A DNA stretch of 64,000 nucleotides from an uncultured Verrucomicrobiae bacterium (GTDB lineage Bacteria > Verrucomicrobiota > Verrucomicrobiia > Chthoniobacterales > JAFAMB01), in contig CAWEXO010000013.1 of NCBI GenBank assembly GCA_963813025.1, positions 576,001-640,000 on the forward strand, written 5' to 3'. Shown here piece after piece: positions 11,393 to 22,872 of this stretch (the stretch's first letter is position 1; each line of letters opens with the position of its first letter). Under the pieces are notes generated by a model, which ran no database searches, was not told where the DNA came from, and was given only the letters and a program-made list of their open reading frames with translations. The translations under genes and the position numbers were made by a program.

Positions 11393-11544
11393 CAGGGAGA
11401 TTGTATGTGGTTGGCACGTGAAACCGCACCAGTTCGCGTCCACGGGCGGAGGAAGAGGGGTGAGCAGAGAGGTGGAGAGGCAACAAACGCTTCGCGTTTT
11501 CCAAGTTGAAATATGTTAGTAGAGAAGGAAACTTTTTTCTCGAG

Positions 11545-12123
11545 ATGGCTGCCAATTTTGTTCTAAATCACGATAGGCTAACGGGTGATCCGAAGTTTGC
11601 CAGCTTGGCGGGCAATCTCAGCACCGAGTCGCGCATCGATTCCAGGGAGGCGTTCAATCGCTATTGCCGAAAGGCCTGCCTGTTCTGGAGTGAGCACTTC
11701 AGCGATGCGCCCCTTAGAACGTCCGCCTTGTTTACTGAACTTCTCGAGCGCATCGAACGGCGTGGCGAAAAGACTATACAAACGCCTTGGGGAGGTGTGG
11801 TCGTCGTGCTCCATTCGCATCCGCGGGTCGAAAAGTATCTCGTAATCCGTCAAGGTGGATACCTCGCTCTTGAAACGCATGAACAAAAGGATGAACGCTT
11901 GGAGGTGCAGGAGGGCGCGGGGCTCATCCTGTGGCGGCGCGCCGCCGGTCAGCCGCTTACCGTGGCGCCGCTCGCGCCGGGGGACAGGTTTCATTTCGAG
12001 CCCGGAATGGAGCATTGTCTGATCGGAACGGAGAATCTGCTCGTGTTCGAGCGATCGGTTGATCCCAAGGGGATGGACCAGGACCTCGTGTTCATCTACG
12101 AACCGCTCAGTGACATCTCCTGA
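11545..12123 (+). CDS. Cupin-fold protein
   Basis: TPWGG, LETHEQKDERLEV, PGDRFHFEPGMEHCL cupin-like motifs. Confidence 0.65.
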   Translation: MAANFVLNHDRLTGDPKFASLAGNLSTESRIDSREAFNRYCRKACLFWSEHFSDAPLRTSALFTELLERIERRGEKTIQTPWGGVVVVLHSHPRVEKYLVIRQGGYLALETHEQKDERLEVQEGAGLILWRRAAGQPLTVAPLAPGDRFHFEPGMEHCLIGTENLLVFERSVDPKGMDQDLVFIYEPLSDIS

Positions 12124-12195
12124 CCGCTTCATCGTATTAGAACGCTAGTGCATCGTCTCCCGTCTCGGCCGATCACACCAGTGATTGACCGAGCG

Positions 12196-13629
12196 TCAGT
12201 GCCCGCCTGAAGCCGACACCCCGACCATAGACTCAGCACCGCTGAGTCTCGGCCACAAAAACGCATAAACCGCGATGAACGCAAAGCACAACATCGGCAC
12301 AATAAATCCGCGGGACAGATCGTACGCATCGGCAATAGTTCCCATCACCTTTGGTAGAATCGCCCCACCCATGATCGCCATGACAATAAAGGAGGATGCC
12401 TTTTTTGCCCGTTGACCGAGGCCGAAAATGCCCAGGGCAAAGATGGTCGGGAACATGATCGACATAAAAAAGTAAGTCCCAAAGACGCAAACCGCCGATA
12501 ACCAGCCCAATTTGGAGAAGATCAGCAGACAGAGCAGCGTATTGATAGCGGCATAGAGACCAAGTAGTTTGTGGGCGGAGAATCTTTTCAGGAGAGCAGT
12601 CCCGATGAACCGGCCGACCAGGAAGAGAAGCAGGCCCACCGATACCAGGTTGGAGGCACCTCTGTTGTTGAAAACAATAGCCCCAGTCGTGCGGATCTCA
12701 GTCAGGCTGTTTAGCCAGTGCTGCAAGAAGCCGGCGTTCTGGTGTATCGCCGCGTCCAGCTTAGGAGGAATTTCCGGGACCTGAGAGGTCATGTAGTTGA
12801 TGAAGAAGCTGAAAATGCCAGCCTGGGCGGCGACGTATAGGAATTGGGCTATGACGGCCATAACAAAGTGTGGGTGCGACCAAATGGAGTGGGAAACCCC
12901 CCGTGTCGAATCGTCGAGGTGATAGTCGTCCTCGGCTTTGATGTCGGGAACCTCGGCAAAAAAGAATACGACGGCGAGGATAATGACCACGACCGCGACA
13001 GCGGCGTAAGGAATCCAGAGCGTCTCGCTACCCGTGTTCGTTCCTGCGGCGTTCTTGGAATAGAAAAACATGCCGCCGGCGATCGGTCCGAAAATCAAGC
13101 CGATGCCGTTGCAGGATTGGGCGAGATTGATGCGGGTGGCGGCATGTTTCGGCGATCCCAAGACCGTGGTGTAGGGATTGGCGATGGTTTCGAGAAACGT
13201 GAGACCAGCGGCAATGAGGCAGACGCCAAGCAAAAACGCCCAGAAAGCTGCGATGTGCGTCGCCGGGAGGAACCAAATTCCACCCACTGCAACTATCAAG
13301 AGCCCGGTAATGATGCCGCCTTTGTAACCCAGCTTGGTCGCCAGCCACCCGGCCGGGAGTGCCATCAGGAAATAACCCAGATAGTGCGCAAATTGCACCC
13401 AGGCAGATTGGCCCAAATCCAGGTGCAGTTGTTCCTGGAAGTGCTTATCCATGACGTCGATCATCCCGTTGCAGAATCCCCAAAGGGCAAACAGGGAGAT
13501 GAGCAGGACGAAGGTGAAGATAACGTTCTTGCCGTCATCAGTCACGAACATGCTTTCCTTAGCGCGCGTTTTTTGGGGAACGCTTTTGCCGTCATCGGTG
13601 ACGACCCTGTTTTTGTTACGAGCTTTCAT
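12196..13629 (-). CDS. MFS sugar transporter, FucP/glucose-galactose family
   Basis: LFALWGF, GYKGGII, LETIANPY, RINLAQSCNG, SIMFPTIFAL, MAIMGGA. Confidence 0.92.
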   Translation of the reverse strand: MKARNKNRVVTDDGKSVPQKTRAKESMFVTDDGKNVIFTFVLLISLFALWGFCNGMIDVMDKHFQEQLHLDLGQSAWVQFAHYLGYFLMALPAGWLATKLGYKGGIITGLLIVAVGGIWFLPATHIAAFWAFLLGVCLIAAGLTFLETIANPYTTVLGSPKHAATRINLAQSCNGIGLIFGPIAGGMFFYSKNAAGTNTGSETLWIPYAAVAVVVIILAVVFFFAEVPDIKAEDDYHLDDSTRGVSHSIWSHPHFVMAVIAQFLYVAAQAGIFSFFINYMTSQVPEIPPKLDAAIHQNAGFLQHWLNSLTEIRTTGAIVFNNRGASNLVSVGLLLFLVGRFIGTALLKRFSAHKLLGLYAAINTLLCLLIFSKLGWLSAVCVFGTYFFMSIMFPTIFALGIFGLGQRAKKASSFIVMAIMGGAILPKVMGTIADAYDLSRGFIVPMLCFAFIAVYAFLWPRLSGAESMVGVSASGGH

Positions 13630-14134
13630 TTTTTGGGGAGGTTGGAGATGTTTGAAAATTCGATTATGACCTGACGCCACCCGCTGGAGCGCCGCCGTCT
13701 CGCTCGGTCACATAACAGTCCGGGGGAGCTCCGCAATCCCTTCAACTCGCCTACACGAAGAACTTGTAAGCGTCAAGTACGCCCGCAAGTCGGTGCTAGC
13801 CGATTCTCTCCGGACGGTCCAGACTCACGCACCTCTACTATCAACCTGTAAACCGGTGTCTTTGGGCGTCCATTAGTTAGTGACTCGTCTTCAAGGAAGG
13901 CGATCTTAAGTCACGCTCCGGATCGACTTGAGTAATTTCCTCATCATGCGCTACGCCCGCCGGCGTAGTCGGCGGAGTTTTGTATGATCGTCAGTTAATC
14001 CACTTGCGCCCGCACAAGTTGACAAGCCGATTCCAGCCCTGACTGAAAATGACAAATGTGAACTGTAGGAAGGTCATGTTTTAGTTTGGCAATATAGAAG
14101 CCTGCTACGATGGTAACCAGAGACAAAAATTCAC

Positions 14135-15415
14135 ATGATGACCCTCCAAAACAAGACCCTTGCCATTGTGATGGGCGGCGGTGCCGGCACCCGCCTTTTC
14201 CCCTTGACTCAGAAGCGTGCCAAACCAGCAGTGCCGCTGGCCGGCAAATATCGTTTGGTGGACATCCCAATCAGCAATTGCCTCAACAGCGGTTTTCGCC
14301 AGGTCTACGTTCTGACGCAGTTTAACAGCGAGTCCTTGCACCGCCACATCACGGCCAGCTATAAATTTGACAGCTTTACTAAAAGCTTTGTTGAGATTCT
14401 TGCCGCTCAGCAAACACCCGAGGGCGCCCGCTGGTACCAGGGTACGGCGGACGCGGTGCGCCAGAACCTCCACTACTTTCTGGAGCGCCCTTACGACCAT
14501 TACATCATCCTGAGTGGCGATCAGCTCTACCGCATGGATTACGGAGACCTGTTGCAAGCGCACCTCCAAAGAGGTGCCGACGTCACGCTGGGCACCACCC
14601 CGGTCGACCGCCAGGCGGCTTCGGGCTTTGGGATTCTGCACAGCGATGCCAAGCGACACATTTTCCGCTTTGAGGAAAAGCCCAAGGACCCCAAGCTGTT
14701 GGACGAACTGCGCATCCCCCCCGATCTGCTGAACGAGTTGGGCCGTCCGGCCGATGCCGAGCTCTACCAGGGCTCGATGGGCATCTACGTCTTCAACCGC
14801 CAAATCTTAGTCGACGCGCTAGCCAACGATCACGCCGACTTCGGCAAACACATCATCCCGGCCTCGCTGCAGAAGTACAAGGTCTTTGCCTACATCTTTC
14901 AGGAGTACTGGGAAGATATTGGGACGGTACGGGCATTTTTCGAAGCCAATCTGGCTCTGACCGACCCGGCGCCGACATTCAATTTTTTTGACCGCATTAA
15001 TCCAATCTATACCCAGCAGCGTTTTCTGCCGGGCAGCAAGGTTAGCGGAACGCAGGTTCAGCGGGCGATCATCTCCGACGGCTGCATCATTACCGACGCG
15101 CACATCGACCGCGCGGTCATCGGGATTCGGAGCGTGATCGAAAGCGGCACCACGATCCGCAACTCGGTCCTGATGGGGGCGGACTTCTACCAAGACGAAG
15201 CCCCGGAGCCGAAGCCGGGCAGCCCGTCGCTTGGCATCGGAGGCCGTTGCCACATTGAGGGCGCCATTATCGACAAAAACGCTCGCATCGGAGAAGGAGT
15301 CGTGATCACACCTGACGGGAAAGCTCCGAATCTGGATGCCGAATACTATTGCGTTCGAGATGGGGTTGTGGTTGTCCCAAAAGGCGCCGTTATCCCGGCC
15401 GGAACCTTGATCTGA
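14135..15415 (+). CDS. glgC: Glucose-1-phosphate adenylyltransferase
   Basis: GGGAGTRLFPLT, RAKPAVP, WYQGTADAV, LSGDQLY, FEEKP, YWEDIGT. Confidence 0.97.
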   Translation: MMTLQNKTLAIVMGGGAGTRLFPLTQKRAKPAVPLAGKYRLVDIPISNCLNSGFRQVYVLTQFNSESLHRHITASYKFDSFTKSFVEILAAQQTPEGARWYQGTADAVRQNLHYFLERPYDHYIILSGDQLYRMDYGDLLQAHLQRGADVTLGTTPVDRQAASGFGILHSDAKRHIFRFEEKPKDPKLLDELRIPPDLLNELGRPADAELYQGSMGIYVFNRQILVDALANDHADFGKHIIPASLQKYKVFAYIFQEYWEDIGTVRAFFEANLALTDPAPTFNFFDRINPIYTQQRFLPGSKVSGTQVQRAIISDGCIITDAHIDRAVIGIRSVIESGTTIRNSVLMGADFYQDEAPEPKPGSPSLGIGGRCHIEGAIIDKNARIGEGVVITPDGKAPNLDAEYYCVRDGVVVVPKGAVIPAGTLI

Positions 15416-15609
15416 ACTTGCCGGTGCTTAGTCTGAGCGAGACTACCCGGACGCATTTACCTCACGCGCAACGCTTAGAGTCCTTGAAAACTCGAAGCTG
15501 TCGACGTTCTGAAAAGGGGTACTGTCATTTTCCTTCGGAAAAGTGCTTCTCCACTGGAAGTCTTTTTGGCGCGTTATCACAGGGCTTAGTTTGCCAGGTT
15601 TTCGAACTC

Positions 15610-15900
15610 TGCGGGCCAGATATCCAAGTGCACTGTGCCGGCGGCGCCGGTTGTAAAAGGCTTCGATGAAGGAGAAGATTTCCACTCTCGCCACTATCGG
15701 TGGTTTTTGGCCGGTAATGCCGCTTCTGCCTCCCGCAGAGCCCCAGCTCTCGCCGGATCCGATCGATGCGTTTGCGACTGTGATGACGTCCCTGACTTTC
15801 CAGTTCGGCGTGCAGCCGCGGCGTGCCGTAAGTGCCACGACTCTCCCGATGGATCAGACCGATCTGTTCGGCCAAAAGCCGATCTTCCAGGCGACGCACA
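15610..15900 (-). pseudogene. Internally deleted IS3-family transposase (OrfB) remnant
   Basis: HRESRGTYGTPRLHAEL...RRELGL...KTTDS joined, in another frame, to the C-terminal EIFSFIEAFYNRRRRHSALGY; DDE core absent. Confidence 0.85.
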
Positions 15901-16196
15901 CTCGGGCTTTGTGGCTGCATGAACACCCGTCCGGCTCCTCCCAAATCTTCGCAGGAAACCATCAAATAAGAAGAAAGTAGTACGGAGGCATCAAACGTTT
16001 GATCAACGGCTAAAGGATCCTCCGTGTGCTCCGTGACCTCCGTGCGCGACTCGATCGATATCAGTGGCGGGCGAACCGATCCTGGTTTTTTGGACCTCCC
16101 AAAAAGACGCCTGACGTCAACATGCGGTGACCCCCCGGGCCTACGATCGGGTTGCAGCTTTACGGGGCTGTGCTTCTCTACCGATTCATCGCTGAA

Positions 16197-16236
16197 CGCT
16201 CTTAGCTCAGGTGGATAGAGCAAGGATTTCTAATCC
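16197..16236 (+). repeat. att site: copy of the 5' half of tRNA-Arg(TCT)
   Basis: cgctcttagctcaggtggatagagcaaggatttctaatcc matches 26436-26476 with one G missing. Confidence 0.9.
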
Positions 16237-16715
16237 GATTCTGGGGCGTTTCATTTTTTTGCACTGTTTCGCAAAACCGGACTTCTCCTTGTGGATCAAG
16301 GGGCTACGTTGTCAGGGTTTTGCGCACGGTTGCACCGTTTTCGCGCTTAACAGTGAAAGCAACCGTGAATTCAGGCGTTGGATGGTCGGTGGCTACTGCC
16401 GCCCTCGGCGCTGCCCCTTGCGAATGTGCCCTCTCGCCGCCACTATTTCCGCCGATAGACCCGCATGATCTCTTCAATCAATTCCTCAAGATCAGCAAGC
16501 TTCGGCAGCCTGGCATGCGACGCTTCAAAAAACGCTGCCCTCGTTCGGGCGGAACTCCTCGCTTAGGTCGAAGCGACCACAATTGTAGCGATGGGTTTTT
16601 CTCTTCATTCTTATCGCTTAAACAAGGAAGCGTTTCATATGGCTATAAATTGCCTCCATATTGAAGGCAGCCTTTAATATGGGAGTGACCAAGCTCCATA
16701 TACAACTTTCAAGCA

Positions 16716-17909
16716 ATGAGTGACGTTGCCGACCAAATCGCCGGCTCTTCCAATCGTGCCGGCCGCTACATGCGTCAACCTTCAGGATATCGCGCCTTTA
16801 TCCCGGCTACTCTGCCGCCAGTACCTCCCATCCGATTGGAGGGCGAACTTCAATTTCTGCTTTCCGACGCAGACCGCGCCATGGGCCGTCTAGACGGGTC
16901 CATTCAGACTCTACCCAATCCCGATTTGTTCGTCTTCATGTATGTTCGCAAAGAAGCCGTGCTCTCCAGCCAGATAGAGGGGACTGAAAGCTCCTTGCAA
17001 GACCTACTTGCTGCCGAAGCGAAAATCCTCTCTCCGGATCGCCCTCACGACGTGGACGAGGTGATAAACTACGTTAACGCCATGAATTACGGGCTTGAAC
17101 GCCTGCGCGAACTGCCTCTCTCGGTCGGCCTGATCAAAGAAATCCATGAGAGGCTACTTCATGGAGTGCGCGGAGCACGACTTACTCCTGGTGAACTCCG
17201 ACGTTCCCAAAATTGGATCGGCGCTGGCGGATGCACTCTTAGCGAGGCTATCTTCGTTCCGCCGCCTCCAGATGAAGTGCCTGCAGCCCTTGGAGCGTTG
17301 GAAACATTCCTTCACACTCCAACCGATCTGCCTGTGCTTATCCAAATTGGTCTCGCTCATGCCCAGTTCGAGACGATTCACCCTTTCCTCGACGGCAACG
17401 GACGTGTCGGGCGGCTCCTCATCACCTTCCTGCTCTGTCAGCGTGAGATTCTCCTCAAGCCTGTGCTCTATCTCTCCCATTTTTTCAAACGGCATCGCAC
17501 TTCCTACTATGAGCGTCTCCAATCCGTCCGCGACACCGGCGATTGGGGAAAATGGCTTGCATTCTTTCTGCTCGGCGTGACTAGCGTAAGTCGGGAGGCG
17601 ACCGAAACCGCCCGGCGCATTCTCGCCTTGCGCGAAGGCCATCGCACCATAGTGACCGCGCAGCTCGGACGCGCCGCTGCTAACGCTCACCGCGTACTCG
17701 AACATCTCTATCAGCGTCCCATTCTAGGCGTCGCCGATGTGCAGAAACTCACTGGCACAACTTATACCGCCGCCAATAACCTGGTTTCCCGCCTTTCCGA
17801 TCTCGGCATTATCCAAGAAACCACTGGCAATCGACGCAACAGGCTCTTTAGGTACGAACCCTACATCCGAATCTTCAGCGAGCCCCCTCCCGAAGGCGAG
17901 GACAAATAA
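16716..17909 (+). CDS. Fic family protein with C-terminal HTH
   Basis: EAVLSSQIEGT and HPFLDGNGRVGR motifs. Confidence 0.95.
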   Translation: MSDVADQIAGSSNRAGRYMRQPSGYRAFIPATLPPVPPIRLEGELQFLLSDADRAMGRLDGSIQTLPNPDLFVFMYVRKEAVLSSQIEGTESSLQDLLAAEAKILSPDRPHDVDEVINYVNAMNYGLERLRELPLSVGLIKEIHERLLHGVRGARLTPGELRRSQNWIGAGGCTLSEAIFVPPPPDEVPAALGALETFLHTPTDLPVLIQIGLAHAQFETIHPFLDGNGRVGRLLITFLLCQREILLKPVLYLSHFFKRHRTSYYERLQSVRDTGDWGKWLAFFLLGVTSVSREATETARRILALREGHRTIVTAQLGRAAANAHRVLEHLYQRPILGVADVQKLTGTTYTAANNLVSRLSDLGIIQETTGNRRNRLFRYEPYIRIFSEPPPEGEDK

Positions 17910-18013
17910 CGATGGAGGCCGTAAACGGGCGTAGCAAAGGTCTTGAGCCTCTCGCTCGGTGATGAAAAAGGGTGGCATTATTCCTGGTCTGCTTCGAGTC
18001 CGAGCGAAGGACG

Positions 18014-18666
18014 TCAGCCGTGCATCTGCAGTCCTTGTCCGGGAACATATCCGCTGCCCTTGGGCAGTGCGTCCTTAAGCTGCCCCATACTTTCCGTTAA
18101 CTGGTTAACCATGTCCTTCTGCGCCCGCTCAGCATCGAGTAAATTTTGCTTCGCCCTCTGAGTCTCGGCATCCGGAGCGCCGGCATTTATTAACGAATTA
18201 AGTTATCCTGGGCGGCCCTGATCTGTTCCGTTTGTTCTACATGCTCCGGACTAGGTTTAGCTGCTTCGACCAGTTCATATTTTCGCAGATCAGAAAAAAA
18301 TTGACCCCACTGCCCGCTCTCGCCCAAGGCCTTTTCCAACTCGTCTTTATTCTTAAGGCCGCCCGCTTTCATCAAGGCCGCCGCTAGGTTGTAACCAGTA
18401 TTCGCACTGAACTCCTGTAAATGCTTGTAATCGACCTGGCCGCCCGCATACATCCGGGTAATAGCCCGGGTGCCCATCTTGAACGATTCCGTATCGTGAG
18501 ACAGGTCAGACAGCTGGCCGATCATCTTCATCACGGCATCGGTGGAACCAAAGCGCTTGGCATTGGAGGACATCAGCTGTGCCGCAACATCCATCAGCTC
18601 AGAGTAAACACGCGGCGTCGATTGACCTTCCGCGTTACGGATTGCCTGATCCAGACTCTGCGCCAT
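18014..18666 (-). pseudogene. Phage tape-measure-like fragment
   Basis: ELMDVAAQL...MKMIGQLSDL...RAITRMYAGGQV...LQEF resembles a tape-measure domain; helical coding continues in another frame to 18014. Confidence 0.55.
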
Positions 18667-18669
18667 TTC

Positions 18670-19181
18670 CGGGTGACCAGCACTAGCGCGGCAATGTCAG
18701 CCGAGCCAAGCGCCACGTTCCACACTCCCGGAAACGCAATTGCCGCATCCAGGAAGCTGCCTGCGCTATGCTGTCGGCGCCGAGGTTGATTGAGTTCGCA
18801 GTCGTGCTCCCTGTCAGAGACGTTGTGTCGGTGGCATTGTTGGCGCCGTTTTTGTAAATCGTACGACCAGAAGAACTGGTAAAAACCGCAGCAACGTGAT
18901 ACCAGGTGGAGGTGGTACTTGTGCTCGTCTCTCGGACAGGCGTGGATAAGGCCCCCGTTGCGTCTCCCTGAGTAATAGAAAACTTACCTAGGGAACTCAT
19001 GTAGAGGTTGTATTGGATCAAATTGTTTGAAGACGCAAAGACGCACGCGACCATATAGACGTTGCCGGATCCCCGGTATGGTGGTCATGTTAACCCGCGC
19101 CGCAATGGTCAAAGTGGTGTTGGTGACGGGACTAGCCTTACTCAGGTACTGGCTGGAGGCCGCAACAAGGGTTCTGGTCAT
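18670..19181 (-). pseudogene. LamG/concanavalin A-like domain gene, frameshifted
   Basis: TLTIAARVN / STWYHVAAVF..GRTIYKNG / AIAFPGVWNVALGSADIAAL split by frameshifts. Confidence 0.7.
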
Positions 19182-19621
19182 ATTATCTAACTCCTAATTG
19201 CGTGATCCGCCTTAACCGCCTTCCTACCACATCATTCGGCGCCGGATATCCGCACATTGTAGTGCTCGGGTATCAACTGCGGGATCATGAAGCGTTCGGA
19301 TCGCTAATCGGATAACGTTGTCCACCGTCGCACCGCAGCCACCTGCGAAAAGGATCGCGTCCGCTTCTGCTGCGGTAAGTTTATAAAAAGGTGGCTTCAT
19401 TTATGTTAGTTCGTAAAACAGGGGGAGCCGCCGCGGGAGCATCAATTAGTTACCATTTTTACCGCAACGGCTGGGTGCCCAAGTAGGCACACTGAAAGGT
19501 TTTTGGAGGTACGCCCTGCCAGCCCATGGAATAAAACTGGCAGGGCGCTGTGTAACACCAACAGTTGCCCGGTTTTCGCCCACCGAGCTGAGCCCACCTT
19601 TTTGCAATGCTTTTCACCGCG

Positions 19622-19864
19622 TTATTTGCGGGCCGGTAATTCAACAGCTGTCGTGCCAAACCCATTGCCATTGCACGTTCTCTTATAAAGCGCCGCGATT
19701 TGCGCTTTAGACAATCTCTGGTCGCCTCGACGCACAGTATAAACTCGTCCAGGGTTCGCGACCGCGTCCAGAATTATCGCCTTCTTTTCGGCCCGCGATA
19801 GGCCCTTGGCGTCGCATTGATCCCATAGATAATCTAGCCGCCGTTGTGATTCAGTTGAATTCAT
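19622..19864 (-). CDS. Small hypothetical protein
   Basis: 80 aa ATG ORF with an upstream GGAG, in a run of small minus-strand ORFs. Confidence 0.45.
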   Translation of the reverse strand: MNSTESQRRLDYLWDQCDAKGLSRAEKKAIILDAVANPGRVYTVRRGDQRLSKAQIAALYKRTCNGNGFGTTAVELPARK

Positions 19865-20291
19865 AATGTTAATATTCTCCTGGGTTCACTGGGGCCCGGC
19901 TAGCCGTGCCAACCTCTGGTAAAAAGGAAGCCTTGTTTCGGATTGACTGTGGAAGTAGTCTGCAGCGTTGTGCCGTTGCCAGGATCGGGAACCACAATCT
20001 GGATGAACCCCAGCACACCGTGCGACCCGCAAAGCATGTATTCATCTTTTGTGAGTGGAACCGGGACCAGTTTGATTTGCGCCACGCTATACCGCGGCAT
20101 GTCAACCCGCGGGACGGCCCGCCAGCGTGCGCTTCAAATCCACTCCCAACTCCAGCCAGCCCCAAAGTGGAGGGTCAGCCTGTCAACAGGGGAATTGCCC
20201 GCGCTGTGGCAGTCCGCCAATTGGCAGAATTATTCCCGAAAATGTTCTTGGCCCGGGAATTTCTATCTTCGCAGACCCATCGCCCCTTGGG

Positions 20292-20489
20292 CTAGGGGAG
20301 GGTGGAGGAGGTTCGTCGAATCTGCGCGACCACAGAGTCGAGGAGGCTCTTGCAGCTCTTCAAACGGATATCGTCCTCCCTTTGCTGATCGCACTGAGTC
20401 GGCTGAACAGCTGGTTCCTTGCTTGATCCCGGAACATCAATCACATGACTCGAGCCGGTGCCTATCGTAACTCCAGATGTAGTAAACAT
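20292..20489 (-). CDS. Small hypothetical protein
   Basis: 65 aa ORF preceded by AAAAGGAG RBS and an AT-rich upstream region. Confidence 0.45.
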   Translation of the reverse strand: MFTTSGVTIGTGSSHVIDVPGSSKEPAVQPTQCDQQREDDIRLKSCKSLLDSVVAQIRRTSSTLP

Positions 20490-21079
20490 GATAATCTCCT
20501 TTTTAGTAATTCACATTGTTTGTAAGTTAAACGACGCTTGCTTCGCCCTTTAATACGGTGCATAGCATGTTCTTTTAACATTTGTAGTTTAGTGATAGAT
20601 TGGTGCTGTCGCTACTATCCAAAAGAGCATTTCTTGCCTGCACTAAATGGTAGTTAAGATTTACTCTTTCGGAGTACCGCGCTGACCAGGCGAAGCTCTA
20701 AGGTCGGTGTCAACTCCAGAATGCCGTTTCCTGGCGCTAGGATGACCGTAGACGCGTTTTGATGGCCCGCCTATACGTCCGAGCACCTCTGCTGGTCTTC
20801 TTGTCGGACACGATCTAGTGCGCCCATTTCTCACAGGGGTTGTGGTGTACTACGCGGTCCGATGGGTGCTCGATATACTCATAGCGCGGCGCGGGAACTG
20901 AAGAAATCGATTCCGGCAATCGGCGCTGTCGCCGGAAAGGTGGCAGAAGCTGATTCATGACGATGCGACCACCCGCTAGACCGCCGTTTCCCGCCTACCG
21001 AGGAAATGCTGGATTGGGCGGAGCCTGCGGCAGTGCTTGCCGGAAGTCCGCCGAAGTCATTGAAAATTTTGGGACCATC

Positions 21080-21310
21080 ATTCCAACCTTCGAAGACTAC
21101 TGCCGTGGTCGGTGGCAGATGAGTCTGGCACGTTCCAAGCGACTCGTGGCTTCTGCGGAAGTCATCCAGAATTTGACTCCGATCGGAGCCATCCCAGCTA
21201 ACCTGGAGCAGACTCGCCCACTCGCCAACCTTGAACCCGAGCAGCAGCGCGAGGTGTGGGAGAAAGCGGTCGAGACAGCGCCGGTGCCTTTAGCCCAAAC
21301 CTGTCAATAG
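21080..21310 (+). pseudogene. Fragment of a phage/plasmid DNA-binding protein
   Basis: TFEDYCRGRWQMS...A.VIQNL...PANLEQTRPLANLEPEQQREVWEKAVETAP, a motif typical of phage proteins; both ends appear truncated. Confidence 0.55.
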
Positions 21311-21658
21311 AGCGATGAGCCCAACCACGCTGAGAGCAATAATCACCGCAAGAAAGCACGCTAGGTTCCGTTCGAGCATAGTCGACTGAATGTATCGACA
21401 CAGATTACGGCGACGTTGCGGCAACATTACAATTCAGACATGCCGCGGCATGTCAAGCTTCAGCGGTTCAGCGTGGCGCCTCAGAAAAGCCCCCAGGAAC
21501 GAATCGGGACAGCCCGCACGGTTATCCCTAGCTAAAGGCTGTTGCGAAATGGTTTTTCCCCTCGGCGTGGCGCGGCGGAGGGCGAACGAGTAGTTCTTCA
21601 AAGAAATTTTGATTTTGTTGTTGTCGAGAGTTACCTAATCGACTATATCGATTAGGTA

Positions 21659-22872
21659 GTGATCGGTAAGACCGTTCGGCCAGTTTCTCTATTTGCTTTC
21701 GCTTTCTTCAAGGAAGTAGCCACCATTACTGACCCGGTGCTCGATTCGGTTGATGGGCTGCTTGACGACCCGGGCTTATTGGCTTTGAGCACTCGGGCTT
21801 TGACGAGCCGCTCGCCAGGCTCAGGCAAAGTTGGCCGCGAAGGAATTGCGCCGGATCGGCTGCTGCGCTGTGCGGTGCTTAAGCACATCAAAGGTTGGTC
21901 CTACCGTGAACTGCACCACGAACTGCGAGTCAGCCTTCTCTATCGACGCTTCACGCGCTTTTATGAGGATCCGATTCCAGATTTTAGCAATCTGTGTCGG
22001 GCTTTTGCGCTCTTTGGCAAGGAAGGCACTCCAGCAGATTCACCAGCAGATCGTAGAGCAGGCCAAAGAGGCGACCATCCTTGCCGGAAAGAAGCTGCGC
22101 ACCGATACCACCGCGGTCGAAACGAATATTCACCACCCAACCGACAGCTCGTTGCTGGCCGATTCAGTGCGGGTCATGAGCCGGTCTTTGCAACGTATCG
22201 CCGGAGGTTGTCAGGAATCGGAGCTTCGCATTGTCCATCATGCTCGGGCGGTCAAACATCGAGTGTTGGAGATTGGCCGAGCGGCCCGGACTTGTACGCA
22301 AGCAGGCCAGGAGCAGTTAAAGCAAAGCTATAAAAAGCTCATCGGACTGACCCAAGGAGTAAGGACTCAGGGCCTATCGGTGCTTACGGCTCTCAAAAAT
22401 GGCCAATTAGTGGCCCGGCAGGAGACTTCTTTGAAGGTCCTTGCAGCAGAAGCTTCTCTCAAACATTACCTGCCCTTGGTTGAGAAAGTTATCGCTCAGA
22501 GTTGGGCGCGAATTTTCCAGGCACAGACGCGCCATCCGGAGAAAATCTTGAGCCTCTTTGAGCCCCACAGTGTGGTCATTCGCAAGGGTAAAGCTCACAA
22601 ACCCAATGAATTTGGTCGCTTGGTCCGGATCGACGAAGTCGAAAACGGGCTGGTCAGCAATTATGCTGTGGCCCCGGGCAACCTTTGCGATCGGCAACGG
22701 TGGATGCCGGCGCTGGAAACACATCTGGAGCGATTCGGTCGAGCACCAGAATTGGCTGCGGCTGACCGAGGCTTCTGGAGTAGTGCCAACGAAAAGGCTG
22801 CGCTTGGAGCTGGGAGTCAAGCAAGTAGTGCTGCCGAGCTGCGGTCGCTTAAGCGCCGCCCGAGCTGCGCGA
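21659..22872 (+). pseudogene. ISNCY/IS5-like DDE transposase, frameshifted (~22030) and 3'-truncated by IS256
   Basis: GREG..LLR..VLKH..GWSY; RTDTTAVETNIHHPTDS; ILSLFEPH...KGKAHKPNEFG; AADRGF. Confidence 0.85.

Noticed and set aside
16197..16236. Second tRNA-Arg gene
   Set aside because: It ends at the anticodon stem with no T-arm or 3' acceptor strand; this is an att fragment.
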